From Candidatus Woesearchaeota archaeon (GTDB lineage: Archaea > Nanobdellota > Nanobdellia > Woesearchaeales > UBA10216), in contig JACPTG010000001.1 of assembly GCA_016192905.1 (NCBI GenBank), forward strand, positions 101,005-165,004: a DNA stretch of 64,000 bases, given 5' to 3'. The notes under the pieces were generated by a model. It had not been told where the DNA came from. It ran no database searches and saw nothing but the letters and a program-made list of their open reading frames with translations. Positions 18,598-28,496 of this stretch are shown piece by piece (the stretch's first letter is position 1; every line of letters starts with the position of its first letter). A program made the translations under genes and the position numbers.

Positions 18598-18897
18598 CTA
18601 CTCATCCCAGGCATCCTTATCAGACCGCCTGAGAATCTCCTCAGTCGACTGTATAAACTTCAAAGTGCCGAAGGTTTTCTTGAGGGCCTCGTTTTTCTTG
18701 GCTGCACCAAGTCCCCACAAACCCCTTTCCTTTGCCACAGAATCAATCCTGTCTGAAACCTCTTCAGAAAATACCTTTTCTCCGCACTTTGTGCATACCT
18801 CTGCCGGAAACCTGCCAAGGCTTGTGCCAAACAGGCTGAAGTCAACATCTTCCAGTTTCAATTTCCCTCCGCACTCATCGCATTTGGACCTTATCAT
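18598..18897 (-). CDS. YgiT-type (MqsA-like) zinc-ribbon protein, antitoxin-like
   Basis: CDECGG...CTKCGEKVFSEE zinc ribbon followed by a KERGLWGL motif; paralog of 43292..43624. Confidence 0.5.
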   Translation of the reverse strand: MIRSKCDECGGKLKLEDVDFSLFGTSLGRFPAEVCTKCGEKVFSEEVSDRIDSVAKERGLWGLGAAKKNEALKKTFGTLKFIQSTEEILRRSDKDAWDE

Positions 18898-18915
18898 TTT
18901 CTCACCGTTTTATCC

Positions 18916-19386
18916 CTATACTTCAGCCAGGATAACAGCAGTCTGGGTGCGGTCAACGCCCTCTAAGTTTCGCAGGTATTTTGTAACGAACTCGCTGAGC
19001 TCGTCAACGCCTGATGCCCTGACCAGGATTATGATATCGCTGGTTCCGGTCACCATGCTGGCAGCCTCCACCAGCCTGTGGGCCCGGATTTTTTTCGCCA
19101 ATTCGTATTGAGTTGTCTTGAGCTCCTTAAGCAGTTTATAGTCAACGGTGATAAGAATAAAGGCGGCCACAGCCTTGCCTATCTTTTTGTTGTCAAGAAT
19201 TATTGTATAAGCCTTAATTACTCCTGCCTTCTGAAGCTTCCTTATCCTGTTATGTACAGTTGTAATCGGGATTCCGGTCTTTTTTGAAATTTGCTGGGTT
19301 GAAAGCTTTGCATCCTGCCTCAGGACAGAGATGATGGACGTGTCCTTGCTGTCCAGGGCGGCAATTGCTTCAGTGTTTTTGGCCAT
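18916..19386 (-). CDS. lrp: Lrp/AsnC family transcriptional regulator; the ORF extends to 19470
   Basis: HTH SVLRQDAKLSTQQISKKTGIPITTVHNRIRKLQKAGVI plus a C-terminal RAM domain. Confidence 0.75.
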   Translation of the reverse strand: MAKNTEAIAALDSKDTSIISVLRQDAKLSTQQISKKTGIPITTVHNRIRKLQKAGVIKAYTIILDNKKIGKAVAAFILITVDYKLLKELKTTQYELAKKIRAHRLVEAASMVTGTSDIIILVRASGVDELSEFVTKYLRNLEGVDRTQTAVILAEV

Positions 19387-19490
19387 TTTGGAATGATATT
19401 CCAATTTGATTAAAAATTTTGCCATAATTAGCAGTTTTTTCCATAAAAAACGGAATAAAATTATAAGCAACAGGCACTTCGCTTTTTAGC

Positions 19491-20006
19491 ATGGGGCTGG
19501 TCAGGGTTTTGGTTACAGGCGGCACTTTTGACAAGGTCTACAATCCAGTAAGTGAATCGCTTGAGTTCACCGAGACCCATGTCCCTGAAATGCTAAGGGT
19601 GGGCAGGGTGGCTGCAGATGTAAAGGTTGAAGTCCTGATGCTCATAGACAGCCTGCATATGACCGGACAGGACAGGGAGAATATACGTAAAAGATGCCTG
19701 GCTTCAATTGAGGACAGGTTGGTCATCACGCATGGCACTGGAACAATGCTTGAAACTGCTGCCTTGCTTGGGCGTGACGAAGGCCTGGCCCGCAAAACCA
19801 TGGTCCTCGCCGGGGCAGCCTTGCCATATTCAGTGGCTGAATCTGACGCCCTGTTTAATTTCGCCGGAGCATATTATGCTGCCCTGTGCCTTGCACCGGG
19901 AGTTTATATAACCATGAACTGGCTTGTTCTTCCTTGGAACAATGCAGGAAAAAATGCAGAAAAGTGCTCATTTGAAGCAGCCAATCCATTTGCTAAACAG
20001 ACTTAA
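19491..20006 (+). CDS. asparaginase-family protein, N-terminal domain only (truncated)
   Basis: VLVTGGTFDK and ITHGTGTM match the asparaginase motifs TGGTIA / HGTDTM; only 171 aa. Confidence 0.4.
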   Translation: MGLVRVLVTGGTFDKVYNPVSESLEFTETHVPEMLRVGRVAADVKVEVLMLIDSLHMTGQDRENIRKRCLASIEDRLVITHGTGTMLETAALLGRDEGLARKTMVLAGAALPYSVAESDALFNFAGAYYAALCLAPGVYITMNWLVLPWNNAGKNAEKCSFEAANPFAKQT

Positions 20007-20448
20007 GCACAACAGCAGTCTCTGTCTTGTCAATGCCCTGGATGCTTCTCAGGTAGCGAATCACAAAATGATTGAGGTCTGAAATGCTTGCAGCCCTGAC
20101 CCTTACAATCAAATCCCTGGTTCCGGTCACTATGCTCACTTCCTCCACAAGCTCATTCTTTGCCACCCGCTTTGCCAGCTGCTCCTGGTCAATCACATGG
20201 CCTCCCGGAAGGTGGTACATGACAGATATCAGGACATAAGCCGCTATGCTGCCCACAAGCTCGGTGTCAACAACTGCCTGGTAACCCTTGATGATTCCCA
20301 TGCGCTCAAGCTTCTTCATCCTGTTGTGGACTGTGGATATGGGAATGCCTGTCTTCTTCGCAATCTGCTGCGTCGAATACCTGCCGTACTTTGTCAGCAC
20401 ATCAAGCACCTTAAAGTCCTTGTCGTCGACCTTTTTCATTTTTACCAA
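19993..20448 (-). CDS. lrp: Lrp/AsnC family transcriptional regulator
   Basis: DVLTKYGRYSTQQIAKKTGIPISTVHNRMKKLERMGII HTH plus a RAM domain. Confidence 0.75.
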   Translation of the reverse strand: MVKMKKVDDKDFKVLDVLTKYGRYSTQQIAKKTGIPISTVHNRMKKLERMGIIKGYQAVVDTELVGSIAAYVLISVMYHLPGGHVIDQEQLAKRVAKNELVEEVSIVTGTRDLIVRVRAASISDLNHFVIRYLRSIQGIDKTETAVVLKSV

Positions 20449-20548
20449 ACCTTATTGGATGGGCATCCGAGATTATATTTAAATCTTGCCATTTCATGCA
20501 ATAAAACCAGGATAAGTATTTGAAGAAACGGATAGTTACACAGTAGTA

Positions 20549-20926
20549 ATGACGAATCATGACACGCATGAAGTAAGCCTGGAAGAATTTTACCAGCGCG
20601 AAGGCCGCAAGCTGGTTTTTGGAAACTCGCTGGATGCAATAACGCATGCACAATCGCTTGGCTACTCAATAAGCAGAGAATCATTGGCAAAGGAAGCCGA
20701 GATTCACGATTTTTACGACGCGTATGAAATTGCAGCAAGGCTCTATGAGCTTGCAGGACAGCCGGACCAGTCGATACTTGTCCTGGAATCAGGCATATAC
20801 AGCTGGCCCCTGGCGGTTGATGGCAGGGTGGCAGCGATGGCTCTGGAAGGCTCAAGGCTGGCTATGGAGCTATCACAGGGTAGCAGAGCATTGAAATACT
20901 CGAACTGGCTGGAGGCAAGCTGCTGA
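20549..20926 (+). CDS. hypothetical protein
   Basis: 125 aa ORF. Confidence 0.3.
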   Translation: MTNHDTHEVSLEEFYQREGRKLVFGNSLDAITHAQSLGYSISRESLAKEAEIHDFYDAYEIAARLYELAGQPDQSILVLESGIYSWPLAVDGRVAAMALEGSRLAMELSQGSRALKYSNWLEASC

Positions 20927-20980
20927 GGTGCCAGGCTTATCCACAAGTTCAGGAGATGCTGGCAAGAATAGCCGGCTGCC

Positions 20981-21355
20981 ATGAAACAATACAAGGGCAA
21001 AATGACAGAACAGACTGAAACAGCCATATACCGGGGAAGTGCTGTGGGCCAATACCTGCCCCCAAACTTTGCAAGGCTCATCAAGTCAATGGACTGGGGC
21101 TCTGATGTAAAGCAGTTGCCAGGAATCGACGAATCTGAGCAAAAGGAAACAGAAAGCGGCACAATCAACTACCTAAGCAAACGAACCCATCAATGGCGGA
21201 TTGGCGATTGCACAGTAACCCAGACAACTGCTTACAGCCTTACCTGGCGGAACGAACTTTGCATAAATAGCACTGAAATAAAGGTGTCAGGGCCGCAAGG
21301 CGAGCTGGAAAGGATTATCGCTGCTCTCAGAGAGCTTAATCTAGGCTTGGAATAA
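20981..21355 (+). CDS. hypothetical protein
   Basis: 124 aa ORF. Confidence 0.3.
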   Translation: MKQYKGKMTEQTETAIYRGSAVGQYLPPNFARLIKSMDWGSDVKQLPGIDESEQKETESGTINYLSKRTHQWRIGDCTVTQTTAYSLTWRNELCINSTEIKVSGPQGELERIIAALRELNLGLE

Positions 21356-21387
21356 CTTTTTATATCCCGCTGCTGGCTGCCGAACTT

Positions 21388-21873
21388 GTGAAACTCCTAG
21401 AAGTGATAGCAAAGCTGGAGAAAAGCGCCGAGTTCCTGGTATGGAAGGGGCACAGCCACAGCTTCCTCATGTCTGTCTTCACAATGTACGAGCAGGAGCC
21501 GGATGAGTGGCTTGTAAGCTACTTTGACCCTGAGACACGTGGAGTTACGACGTTCCAGGTTGATGCTGAAAGCTGCCACAGGAAGGAGGAGAATAAGGTT
21601 GAGAACCCTGTAAAGGAGCTTAACATAAGGAAGCCGAACATTGAGATGGAGCAGGCAGTTGCCACTGCAGTGCAGGAGTATGAAAAGAAAGTGGCCCAGA
21701 AGTCTGTCAAGACAATAGCAATACTTCAGAACATAGACGAAGGCCAGGTATGGAACATTAGCCTGATGGCAGCCAACTTCAGCATATTCAACTGCCGCAT
21801 TGATTCTGAGACAGGAAAGGTGTCAAGCAGCACCTTTGGGCAGCTGTTCAGCCAAAGCAGTAAAGGGGTGTAA
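21388..21873 (+). CDS. hypothetical protein
   Basis: 161 aa ORF. Confidence 0.3.
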   Translation: MKLLEVIAKLEKSAEFLVWKGHSHSFLMSVFTMYEQEPDEWLVSYFDPETRGVTTFQVDAESCHRKEENKVENPVKELNIRKPNIEMEQAVATAVQEYEKKVAQKSVKTIAILQNIDEGQVWNISLMAANFSIFNCRIDSETGKVSSSTFGQLFSQSSKGV

Positions 21874-22286
21874 GGTCGTGCATTACTTACCTGATTTTTG
21901 GTAGCAGGCTGACTCTTCGTGAACGGTAAAAGGGCGCAAAGGCGATGCGTATTCACAGGGAAGGCGTTAACATTGAAAATGCGTACACGAAGCCAAGCAG
22001 TACGCTTACCAACCTCCTGAAAGGGCAGCTGAATCAAAGCAGGAACATCCTGCTACGTATCATTATTACAGTCAACGAACCTTAAGTTCATGTCTTTTGT
22101 CATAATCGTTTGGATAGAATAGTTTAGAACTATATTTTCCAATTCAGCCAAGCTTAAATATAACCTTCCTCAAGAAAGACCGTTCAAAAAAAAAAGGTGA
22201 TGAAAAATGCCCGTAAGCTACAAGACATCAAAAGCCCACAGAAAGCTGTCTGAAATTCTCGAAGTAAAGGAAGAGGAAACCGAAAG

Positions 22287-22991
22287 CTAAGATTTCCTAA
22301 CCAGCCCCTCCCATGCTGCGACAGCCTGGTTCACTGTATCTTCAGGCGAAAGGTCTGCATCAACATAAGCAACCCTTGAGCCTCCCTTCTCAAAAAGGGC
22401 CTTAAGCCATTCGCTGCCATACCTGTCAGCAAGCTTTCTCTGGAAGGCCAGGTTGTCAAAGATTGAGTTGTCCTTCTTGTCCCTGTGCTGAAGCCGCTGG
22501 ACAGCGTTCTCCGGGCTTGCCTTCAGTATCAGGAGCAGGTCAGGGCAGTACTGCATGGCCAGCCGGTTCCCAGGCAGCTTAAGCAGCTCGCTAAGCTGGA
22601 TATGCTCCTGGACAGGCTGATAGACAAAGCTCGTCACCATGCCCCGCTCCTGGAATACATGCTTGCCTGCTGAAAGGGCAGGGACAATAACCCTCTTGTA
22701 CAGGATTTCCCTGTCCAGTGAGAAGGCATAAGCGAGTGTCATGGCAGAGTACTTCCTGTTGTTCTCCCTCACCAGCTCTTCCCGGATTGCCTTCCCAACC
22801 AGGAAGAAGGTCGGCTCGGCTGAAACAATTACGTCATAATCCTCCAGGTCCTCTGGCTCAGGGAACTCGTCAGCCTTCCTGATGTCAAAGACCCTCAGCT
22901 TGTTCTGAGAAGCCCACTCAGCCAGGGCGCCAACAACCACTCCCTTCCCAGAGCCGTCCAGGCCATCAGCCATGACGAACTTGCCTTTCAT
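22287..22991 (-). CDS. tmk: thymidylate kinase
   Basis: P-loop ADGLDGSGKG; Tmk-like AYAFSLDREILYKRVIVPALSAGKHVFQERGMVTSFVYQ; lid region PDLLLILKASPENAVQRL. Confidence 0.7.
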   Translation of the reverse strand: MKGKFVMADGLDGSGKGVVVGALAEWASQNKLRVFDIRKADEFPEPEDLEDYDVIVSAEPTFFLVGKAIREELVRENNRKYSAMTLAYAFSLDREILYKRVIVPALSAGKHVFQERGMVTSFVYQPVQEHIQLSELLKLPGNRLAMQYCPDLLLILKASPENAVQRLQHRDKKDNSIFDNLAFQRKLADRYGSEWLKALFEKGGSRVAYVDADLSPEDTVNQAVAAWEGLVRKS

Positions 22992-23172
22992 GCTGCCTTA
23001 AAGGCCGGGTGAATTATATAAAGGTGTTGCAAAGGCGGCATGAGTAAATACTTGCCTGTTATCCAGCGATAGTGCCAACAACAACATTTAAGCGCACTCC
23101 ATCAAAGACGACCATTTCAATGTAATTTCTTAGTAGTAAAAATAAAAAGATTGATTAGGCGGATTTAGCTTA

Positions 23173-24813
23173 TTATGGCATTGTAATCCTGCTGTAGAAG
23201 GCGGGCAGCTTCAGCGGAAGCTCCCTGACAGAAGGAAGAATAATGTAGTTCTCCCCGCACATCCTGCCGATATATTCAGGCGCGGACTCGTCTATGGTAA
23301 TGCAAAAGGGGTGGATTCCGGACCTCCTGGCTTCCAAAAACGACATTCTCGTGTCCTCTATCGCCTGCTCGTAGTTATACCCGACCGCCGAAGGCCTACC
23401 ATCGCTTATCAAAATCAGCACCTTTGTCTTTTCCTCTCTTTGCGAAAGCTTGTGGGTTGCATGCCGCACCGCGGCCCCTATCCTTGTACTTCCGCCTGCG
23501 CATATGCTTTCAAACCTGGACTTAACAGCTGCCAATTTTTCACCGAAGTCCTTTGCAATATAGAAGCTTATGCTTCTTTCAAAGTATATGGGGCTGTCAA
23601 AGGCGAAAATGCCGTAAGAATCGCCCAATTCCTCCAGGCCGCTTGCGAGGAGTACCAGCGTATTCTTCCCTGTATTGAGGACTTCCCCCTCTGTGCTGCC
23701 GCTGCAGTCAAGCAAAAATGCGGCTGCAACGCTTCGCTCAGTCTTCCTCGTTTTGACATATAGCTGGTCTGATGGGCTTGCTTTGGCAGCCCTGTCAACA
23801 AAATAGCCCACAGCCGCATCCAGATCAAGCTCATCACCATCACTCTGGCCCTTCAGACGCCTGAAGCCTTCCGGCCGCATGCGCCTGAAAACGCTGGAGG
23901 CAATCCTGCACTCAAGGGAATACTTTTCAAGGGCGCTGGACCAAAAATTCGGGTCGCCGTCCTTTAGAACTACCTCATTAACACCAACCCAGCGGGGCTT
24001 ATAGCCATTTATTGCAATGCTCCACTCGGGATAGACAGGATTGTGGTTGGCAGTGGACTCTTCTGCGTTGTCTAACATCGCCCTTGTAAGCGGTGATGAG
24101 CCATGCAGTTTGTCCAGCAGGCCAAGCATGTCGTTTGGAGTAACGCCCCTTCTGTAAAGTTCCTTCAGTTCTGAAAGGACTTCTTTTGGATTCCTTCCTG
24201 TCTTTCTGCCAATCTTCTTGGCAGCATTGACAAAATTGCCAACCATTTCATCAAATTTATCAGGCTCCATTAAGGGCGAATATGGCTCAGGAAGCCCGGA
24301 ATCGGGATTTGGCTCCGCGCCCTGCTTCCCCTTTTCACCATTCAGGCTGGAACCTGCCCTGCGCCTTTGTTCGGCTCTCCTATGCTGCAAGGTTTCCTTT
24401 TTCCGGCTTTCTGGGATTCCAACCCTGTCATCAATGAAAACGTAAAGCCTGGCGCCTGCCTCGATTGCGTCATGCACATCGCTGTTCAATCCAATTCCCC
24501 GGGCAAGGCCTACTCCGTATTCAACAATCTCCTCAAGCGATTCAGGCACAGGCTCCTTGAGGCCATTCATCAGCACGATTTGGCCGATGCATTCAATCGC
24601 CTGCCCAAATAGGGGGTAAAGCAAAAGGCTCTTGCGGCGCGAAAGATGAAAAGCATTCTGCTCATCCAGCAGCTCCCCCAAAGCAGGGTAATCACTCCTC
24701 ATCATCAACTCTATCCTGTAATCCTCAAATATGTTCGCCAGAAATCCAGCTGTATCAGGATTTGGAAACAAGCCGAGGAACTTTAACAAATCCGGAATGT
24801 CATCGCTTGGCAT
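23173..24813 (-). CDS. von Willebrand factor A domain protein (NorD/CbbO C-terminal-like)
   Basis: MIDAS LLDCSGST, GGSTRIGAAVRHA and LISDGRPS vWA motifs in the C-terminal third; overlaps the upstream gene by 14 nt. Confidence 0.7.
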   Translation of the reverse strand: MPSDDIPDLLKFLGLFPNPDTAGFLANIFEDYRIELMMRSDYPALGELLDEQNAFHLSRRKSLLLYPLFGQAIECIGQIVLMNGLKEPVPESLEEIVEYGVGLARGIGLNSDVHDAIEAGARLYVFIDDRVGIPESRKKETLQHRRAEQRRRAGSSLNGEKGKQGAEPNPDSGLPEPYSPLMEPDKFDEMVGNFVNAAKKIGRKTGRNPKEVLSELKELYRRGVTPNDMLGLLDKLHGSSPLTRAMLDNAEESTANHNPVYPEWSIAINGYKPRWVGVNEVVLKDGDPNFWSSALEKYSLECRIASSVFRRMRPEGFRRLKGQSDGDELDLDAAVGYFVDRAAKASPSDQLYVKTRKTERSVAAAFLLDCSGSTEGEVLNTGKNTLVLLASGLEELGDSYGIFAFDSPIYFERSISFYIAKDFGEKLAAVKSRFESICAGGSTRIGAAVRHATHKLSQREEKTKVLILISDGRPSAVGYNYEQAIEDTRMSFLEARRSGIHPFCITIDESAPEYIGRMCGENYIILPSVRELPLKLPAFYSRITMP

Positions 24814-26968
24814 AGCGCTCCCTCAGCATTTTAACGATGCTTCTCATTCTCCCCAATGAGAAGTCAAAGCTTCCATAAGCTATATGGGCGGCCTCATGGG
24901 TCCCCAACATTTTGTATTCAAGAAAATTTGCCGACCTTGAGCCCCAATAGCCAATTCTGGGGGGCAAATAAATTGTGAGGCCGTCAGTCCTTGGATTGCC
25001 CGGCTCCACCTGCGGAGAAAACCCCAGCAGGCCTGCAAGGTATCTTGAAAGAACAGGTCTGATGTACTCAAGGTACACAGCAGGCATCTTTTCCATCAAA
25101 TAACCCTGCATCTCAGTGCCGCTCTGCAAAAACCTTTTTGCAGTCTCAGGGTCCCTGGCTGCAATCTCAGCAACCTTTTTTCCGATCAAAACCATCCCTT
25201 CAACGGTATAGTTTTGGGTGAGGTCATAAGTTTTCTCTGCATAGGGCTCAGCAACATCCCTGCTGGCTCTGCAGACTTCAAGCACTGATTGGCAGGCATG
25301 CTGGAGTACATCCCCCTCCAGTGCATAAAGGCCCACTGCATTTCCAACCAGCCTTGCAGAAGCCTCATCACTAAAGCCCATAAGTGGATTCAATATGTCC
25401 ACAATGTTTTCCAGGGCTTCAACTCCGTGAATCTGGGACAGTTCAACAACATTCTTGGCAAGCTCGTGCGCTGTCTGGGGCGCCCTGCTGCTGATGCCTG
25501 CAATAAGCAACCCGACTTTTGCTGCAGCAGGGCCGCCGTACAATGAGATGAGCTGGCTGGCGTTCCGGATGAATGCTGATGCAACATCAACAGATTCAAT
25601 GCAGTATGCCATCTCCATTGCGGCTGTCAGGCCATTGAGCTGCTGCTCGTCTGCAATTGCGTTCAAATTCTCGGAATAGAGGCGCAAAAATTTAGGATTC
25701 CTTTCAGCAACAGACACTGCTTCCCCGACCATCCTCTCAAACAATCCACGGAACTTTTTCGTATGCCTGCGACCATTGAAAACCTCCCATAAGTGATTGC
25801 TCGCTACATGCGTCTGACTTCCTTCTGTGTGCAAACCAACAAGACGAACGTAGGCGTCCAAAGCTGGGAGCTGCATGGAATCTGCCATATCACGGGCAAG
25901 ACTCAATGCCCTGAGCAGGTCATGAGTTGAATAATCCTCCTTTGACTCAAACAGGCGAACAGGGTCTACTCCCCTCTTCTTGACAGCCCCTATCACAATA
26001 GGCACTGTCCTCACAAAGTAACTGAGAAACCTGTCAGAAGCCAGCCTTCTCGCAGCCTGGGCAAAAGCGCCATAGCCCTCACTGCCGTGATTGGCGACAA
26101 GTTTCCTGGCATGGTCAAGGAAATATGGCATATCACTGTTCCCGAGGAAGGAAAAATGGTCAGAGACAAAAGCCAACCCCGCTTTCAAATCAGTCTTTCC
26201 AATGAAGGCGGCGTCCGAAATCCTGCTGGCCCGCTGCTTCAGAATGTACGGGTCCTTTTCAGCAACATCCGCAGCGCGGTCAAGGTACTCCTGGAAAAGC
26301 TCCTCGCTAAATGCAATCTCAGGCAGCGCCATCATAATTTCAAGCCCGAACTGAATGTCAGCAGCGAAAATAGGAGTCAGCCGGGTGCACATATAGGCAA
26401 ACATTCCGGATTCAAGTTCGTTTGACAGCGCCACAACCGCGTCAATAAACTCAGCTTGGGAATTCCTTTGCATGGATATGCGCTGCATTATGAACTTCTG
26501 GGCGGCAAAATAGACATCTGTGCCCAGCCTGTCAATAAGGCTTTCTGAGCGCGACACCAGTCGCAATGCTGCCTTATGGTTTTCACAACCCAAAGCAACG
26601 ATGCCGTATCCGACCTGGCTGAAGTTCTCAAAGCCAACCTTTCCAATAAGCCCATGGGCATAATAAAGAAGGGCGACGGCTGAATATGGCTCAATCGCAC
26701 TCCATCGGTCTGCAAGTTCGTAAAGGGGACCAACCAATTCGCCAAGGCCTGCCCCCTTGCCAATCATAGACGGACTGTGCATAAGATAACTGGCTGCGGC
26801 ATTGGCGTCAACTGCGAGCAGACGCCTGGCAATGGCGGTCACATGCATAACAACAGACTCATCCAGCTCCATTACAGCAGGATAATGGGACTCGACAAGA
26901 AACTCAAGATTTCCGCCAGATGCGATCTCGGCAAAGGTGGACCGCAGGAAATCCTTGCCGACTGCCAT
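24800..26968 (-). CDS. large alpha-helical protein (CbbO N-terminal-like?) with a C-terminal HEAAH motif
   Basis: 722 aa, predicted all-helical by eye; C-terminus GTHEAAHIAYGSFDF (HExxH); lies between the MoxR and vWA genes with a 4-nt gap and a 14-nt overlap. Confidence 0.4.
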   Translation of the reverse strand: MAVGKDFLRSTFAEIASGGNLEFLVESHYPAVMELDESVVMHVTAIARRLLAVDANAAASYLMHSPSMIGKGAGLGELVGPLYELADRWSAIEPYSAVALLYYAHGLIGKVGFENFSQVGYGIVALGCENHKAALRLVSRSESLIDRLGTDVYFAAQKFIMQRISMQRNSQAEFIDAVVALSNELESGMFAYMCTRLTPIFAADIQFGLEIMMALPEIAFSEELFQEYLDRAADVAEKDPYILKQRASRISDAAFIGKTDLKAGLAFVSDHFSFLGNSDMPYFLDHARKLVANHGSEGYGAFAQAARRLASDRFLSYFVRTVPIVIGAVKKRGVDPVRLFESKEDYSTHDLLRALSLARDMADSMQLPALDAYVRLVGLHTEGSQTHVASNHLWEVFNGRRHTKKFRGLFERMVGEAVSVAERNPKFLRLYSENLNAIADEQQLNGLTAAMEMAYCIESVDVASAFIRNASQLISLYGGPAAAKVGLLIAGISSRAPQTAHELAKNVVELSQIHGVEALENIVDILNPLMGFSDEASARLVGNAVGLYALEGDVLQHACQSVLEVCRASRDVAEPYAEKTYDLTQNYTVEGMVLIGKKVAEIAARDPETAKRFLQSGTEMQGYLMEKMPAVYLEYIRPVLSRYLAGLLGFSPQVEPGNPRTDGLTIYLPPRIGYWGSRSANFLEYKMLGTHEAAHIAYGSFDFSLGRMRSIVKMLRERYAKR

Positions 26969-26971
26969 TGC

Positions 26972-27931
26972 TCACCTTACCCTGAAGTAATTGGCCAGCA
27001 GCTCTATGATACTTTGCTTCATGTCCGGCTCACTCGTAAGAGGCTCAACCATTGTGCTGAACAAGGCATCCCTTACTGGCACTCCCTTAACCAGAAGCTT
27101 TCCGGCGTAAACCAGCTCCCTTGTGGAGACGCCTTCCTCAAGGCCCTGCGTGACCAGGTTACGGATTTTTCCGGCAGCTTCAACCAAAAGCCTTGCAGTG
27201 GCCGCGTCAACACCGCTCTCATGCTCCAGAATCGTCTGCTCAAGGCCTGGAGGAGGCCATCCAAGCTCAACAGCCACGAACCGCTGCCTGGTGCTGGGCT
27301 TAAGCTCCTTAAGAACGCTTTGATAATGAGGGTTATAGCTGATAACCAGCATAAACTCAGGCGGAGCGTCAAAAGTCTCGTTAAGCTTGTCCACGGCAAG
27401 ATAACGCCTGTGGTCAGTCAAGGAATGAATGACAACAGTCACATCTTTCCTGGCCTCAACAGCCTCATCAAGGTAAGCTATGCCGCCCTTCTGGACAGCA
27501 GCCAGAACAGGCCCATTAATCCATATTACACTATCCCCCTTTATCAAATACCTGCCAATCAGATCAGAAGCACTCAAATCCTCATGGCAGCCCACTGGGA
27601 AAAGAGGCCTGCCGAACTGAAAAGCCATGTATTCAACAAGTCTCGTCTTCCCGCTTCCTGTAGGTCCCTTCAAAAGCACAGGAAGATGTTCCAAGTAAGC
27701 CGCACGCATAAGGGCGACTTCATTTCCCTGAGGCAAATAAAACGGCTCCCGCGCAATCCTGATGCCCTCATGCCCATAAGTCGCAGCCAACTCAACCATT
27801 TTAACCCCTGTTATCCTTCCACGCGGTATATTCCCATTCAGGGATTCAACCATCCGGAAGGCGGGAAATAAAGCCCATATAAAAAATTTTCGTCCTTCTT
27901 TAATGGTCACTTCGGCGACACAACCGCCCAC
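26972..27931 (-). CDS. MoxR-family AAA+ ATPase (CbbQ/NorQ-like)
   Basis: Walker A LLKGPTGSGKTRLVEYMA; Walker B YLDEAVEA; 319 aa, typical CbbQ/NorQ size. Confidence 0.8.
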   Translation of the reverse strand: MGGCVAEVTIKEGRKFFIWALFPAFRMVESLNGNIPRGRITGVKMVELAATYGHEGIRIAREPFYLPQGNEVALMRAAYLEHLPVLLKGPTGSGKTRLVEYMAFQFGRPLFPVGCHEDLSASDLIGRYLIKGDSVIWINGPVLAAVQKGGIAYLDEAVEARKDVTVVIHSLTDHRRYLAVDKLNETFDAPPEFMLVISYNPHYQSVLKELKPSTRQRFVAVELGWPPPGLEQTILEHESGVDAATARLLVEAAGKIRNLVTQGLEEGVSTRELVYAGKLLVKGVPVRDALFSTMVEPLTSEPDMKQSIIELLANYFRVR

Positions 27932-27961
27932 GATTTGTAACCATCACACAGTAGTTATTAA

Positions 27962-28231
27962 ATGGAAAGTTTTTATAAATGGCTGCCTGTTCGGAATTCT
28001 TATGGCAGGCAACTCAGGTCCATTATGCCCAACAAACTGTTTGGAAGGGCACCAACCCCAGATGAGCTGCTGATGGGCAGCATACTCCAGCAGTATGGTA
28101 TCACTTACGGGCAGTTTTCAGCAGCAAAAGTTGCAAGCGAATCAAACCTCATGGAAGAATCTGCGAGGCAATACCATGCCATCAACAGCAGAAGAAAACT
28201 GGAAGGCCTCCCCACAATCAGGATATTGTAA
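27962..28231 (+). CDS. hypothetical protein
   Basis: 89 aa ORF upstream of the HicB-like gene; not HicA-like. Confidence 0.25.
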   Translation: MESFYKWLPVRNSYGRQLRSIMPNKLFGRAPTPDELLMGSILQQYGITYGQFSAAKVASESNLMEESARQYHAINSRRKLEGLPTIRIL

Positions 28232-28274
28232 GTACAGCTTAGTGCTGTAAACCTTTAAATACAGGCCATGCATT

Positions 28275-28496
28275 GTGCGTATGATGAAATACAGAATTGT
28301 AATCTCGCAGGATGAGGATGGAAATTACGTTGCAGAATGCCCGTCCCTGCCAGGGTGCCTGTCGCAGGGAAAAACCAGGAAGGAGGCAGTTGAGAATATT
28401 AAGGATGCCCTGCAGGGGTACATTGCAAGCCTCAGGAAGCACCAGGAACCGATACCGCCACCAATTGAAGAGGAAGTGATTGAGATAAGTGCCTAA
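28275..28496 (+). CDS. HicB-like (UPF0150) antitoxin-family protein
   Basis: KYRIVISQDEDGNYVAECPSLPGCLSQGKTRKEAVENIKDAL matches HicB/UPF0150; overlaps the start of the downstream ThyA-like gene. Confidence 0.55.
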   Translation: MRMMKYRIVISQDEDGNYVAECPSLPGCLSQGKTRKEAVENIKDALQGYIASLRKHQEPIPPPIEEEVIEISA

